A stretch of DNA of 34,969 bases. Origin: a virus. Its lineage: Duplodnaviria > Caudoviricetes. The notes under the pieces are model-generated. The model was not told where the DNA came from, did no database searches, and was given only the letters and a program-made list of their open reading frames with translations. This document shows, in pieces, positions 33,510-34,969 of the stretch; position 1 is the stretch's first letter, and each line of letters starts with the position of its first letter. A program made the translations under genes and the position numbers. The stretch covers positions 1 through 34,969 of IMG/VR virus record IMGVR_UViG_3300043184_000187. One strand, 5' to 3'.

Positions 33510-34969
33510 GCGACGGCCCGACCCGATACTACTTATACATCCCCGTGTGGGCGACGGGTCGTCCGCCGACGGGCGGCGGGTCGAGCAACTACTCCACGCC
33601 CTCGGGTTCGACGCCCGAGAGCACCTACTCGACGCCGACCAGCACGCCGAGCATGCCTTCGAGCTACTCGACGACTGGCGATGTCATCTACACGACCGGC
33701 CCGAGCGGGACGCCCACGCTCACGTTCTACACCACCGGCGCCTTCACGAGCAACACGTCGGGCACGACGCACACGCCGTCCAGCAGCGGGTCGAGCGATT
33801 CCATGTCCTCGGGGTCGTCGGGTTCGAGCAGCGGTACGCCGACATCCTCGTCGGGAAGTTCGTCATCGGGATCGATGTCGTCCAGCGGATCGTCCTCCTC
33901 CGGATCATCTTCGAGCGGGTCGTCCAGCAGCGGGTCCGGCTCTTCGGGCGGATCGGGTTCGTCCAGCGGATCGGGGTCGTCTGCCTCGGGGAGCAGCGGT
34001 CAGAGCAGCGGCATGTCCAGCGGTGCTTCCTCGGGTGCCAGCAGCGGCATGAGTTCCGGAGCCTCGTCCGGCGCCTCCTCCGGAGGATCATCCGGCGGCG
34101 GCTCGTCTGGTGGAGGCTCGTCCGGCGGCGGTGGTTCGAGCGGTGGCGGCTCCGGTCCAGGTGGGTCCGGTCCCGGCGGCTCGGGACCGGGCGGGAGCGG
34201 GCCGGGTTCTGGCCCGGGCAGCAACTGCCTCCTCTTCGGCACCCTTGTGCGGCTCGAGGACGGCCGCCTCACGCCCATCGAGAATCTCAAGCCCGGCGAT
34301 CGCGTGGCATCCATTCAGGTGCCCGGCCTCGAGGTCGATGTGCCCTACCGCGCCCAGTACAACTGGCTCTCGCACCACGGGCTGCATGGCGCGACGCCCG
34401 TCGTCGCGCGCGTGGCCAGCATCCGACTCGGCGAGCACCACGGCTTCATGGTCATCAACCGCCGCCTAAAGGCGACGCCCGAGCACCCGTTCATGATCCG
34501 CCGCGGCGACGAGTGGGGCTTCGCGTCCGCCGAGTTCATCCAGCCCGGCGACTTCCTGATCGACGAGCACATGAACGAGGAAGCGGTCGAGTCGGTCGTC
34601 CGAATCGACGCGCCCACCCGCACCGTCGCCATCCACATCCCCGGAACGAACACGCTCCTTGCCGAGGGTGTCTGGGTCCACAACGACATGCCCGCGACCG
34701 CCCAGAGTTCCGGCTCCGGCAGCGCTTCGTCCGGATCAGGTTCCGGCTCCGGGAGTGGGTCCGCCTCCGGCTCGGGATCGGGGTCCATGTCCGGGTCGAG
34801 CAGCGGTTCGTCCAGCAGCGGCTCTTCGTCCGGGAGCAAATCCAGCGGGTCGTCGTCGTTCTCGACCTCTGGCTCGATGTCCGGATCGTCCTCGTCTTCC
34901 GGCAGCGGATCGGGCAGCATGAGCGGATCGAGTTCCAGCGGTGGCGGAACGGGGACGTTCTCGATCTGA
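33506..34969 (+). CDS. Ser/Gly/Thr-rich protein with central Hint (bacterial intein-like) domain, 487 aa
   Basis: AGGAGG RBS, ATGA overlap; Hint from CLLFGTLV (34226) through ATPEHPF to GVWVHN (34684); low-complexity flanks. Confidence 0.85.
   Translation: MSDGPTRYYLYIPVWATGRPPTGGGSSNYSTPSGSTPESTYSTPTSTPSMPSSYSTTGDVIYTTGPSGTPTLTFYTTGAFTSNTSGTTHTPSSSGSSDSMSSGSSGSSSGTPTSSSGSSSSGSMSSSGSSSSGSSSSGSSSSGSGSSGGSGSSSGSGSSASGSSGQSSGMSSGASSGASSGMSSGASSGASSGGSSGGGSSGGGSSGGGGSSGGGSGPGGSGPGGSGPGGSGPGSGPGSNCLLFGTLVRLEDGRLTPIENLKPGDRVASIQVPGLEVDVPYRAQYNWLSHHGLHGATPVVARVASIRLGEHHGFMVINRRLKATPEHPFMIRRGDEWGFASAEFIQPGDFLIDEHMNEEAVESVVRIDAPTRTVAIHIPGTNTLLAEGVWVHNDMPATAQSSGSGSASSGSGSGSGSGSASGSGSGSMSGSSSGSSSSGSSSGSKSSGSSSFSTSGSMSGSSSSSGSGSGSMSGSSSSGGGTGTFSI

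Larger units (their letters stand above)
1..34969 (+). mobile_element. Temperate lambda-like siphovirus / prophage (ends not visible)
   Basis: Ordered integration, replication, packaging, head and tail modules, mostly on + with many overlapping ATGA/GTGA junctions; no host housekeeping genes; att sites not identified. Confidence 0.93.

Noticed and set aside
34226-34684. Canonical intein
   Set aside because: +1 residue is Asp, flanks are not a conserved host enzyme, no homing endonuclease; fits a bacterial intein-like Hint domain better
33760-34950. Possible CRISPR array, DGR or DNA tandem repeat
   Set aside because: Repeats are peptide-level with mixed codons; no constant repeat-spacer pattern, no reverse transcriptase or cas genes in window

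Overview
High-GC, near-complete lambda-like (GpA-type terminase, lambda portal, no tail sheath) temperate siphovirus or prophage spanning the whole window. The gene set resembles Planctomycete-type prophages, but the host is an inference. Order: integration module (DUF2924, large serine recombinase, HTH accessory gene); a lone cargo gene behind a consensus sigma70 promoter; two tandem ECF-like sigma factors; recombination/replication operon (AAA_24 ATPase, DUF669, RusA, SF2 helicase, primase-polymerase) with a putative origin; a 1.8-kb opposite-strand insertion element; a cos-like site; ParB-methyltransferase; a reverse four-gene cassette; terminase, portal, protease-capsid fusion, neck, tail and tape-measure genes; and a terminal methyltransferase / Maf-like glycosyltransferase / Ser-Gly-rich Hint-protein trio. 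Best leads: (1) an insertion element with no terminal inverted repeats, bounded by TAG, with a subterminal hairpin and a protein carrying Rep_trans-like rolling-circle motifs; (2) a bipartite motif TTCGCCAC-N14/15-GCGTAG(A/T)TG found four times, each upstream of a module in the sense orientation, probably the promoter of the phage sigma factor(s); (3) a putative self-processing, glycosylated mucin-like protein system at the tail end. All family calls come from motifs recognised by eye; no searches were run.
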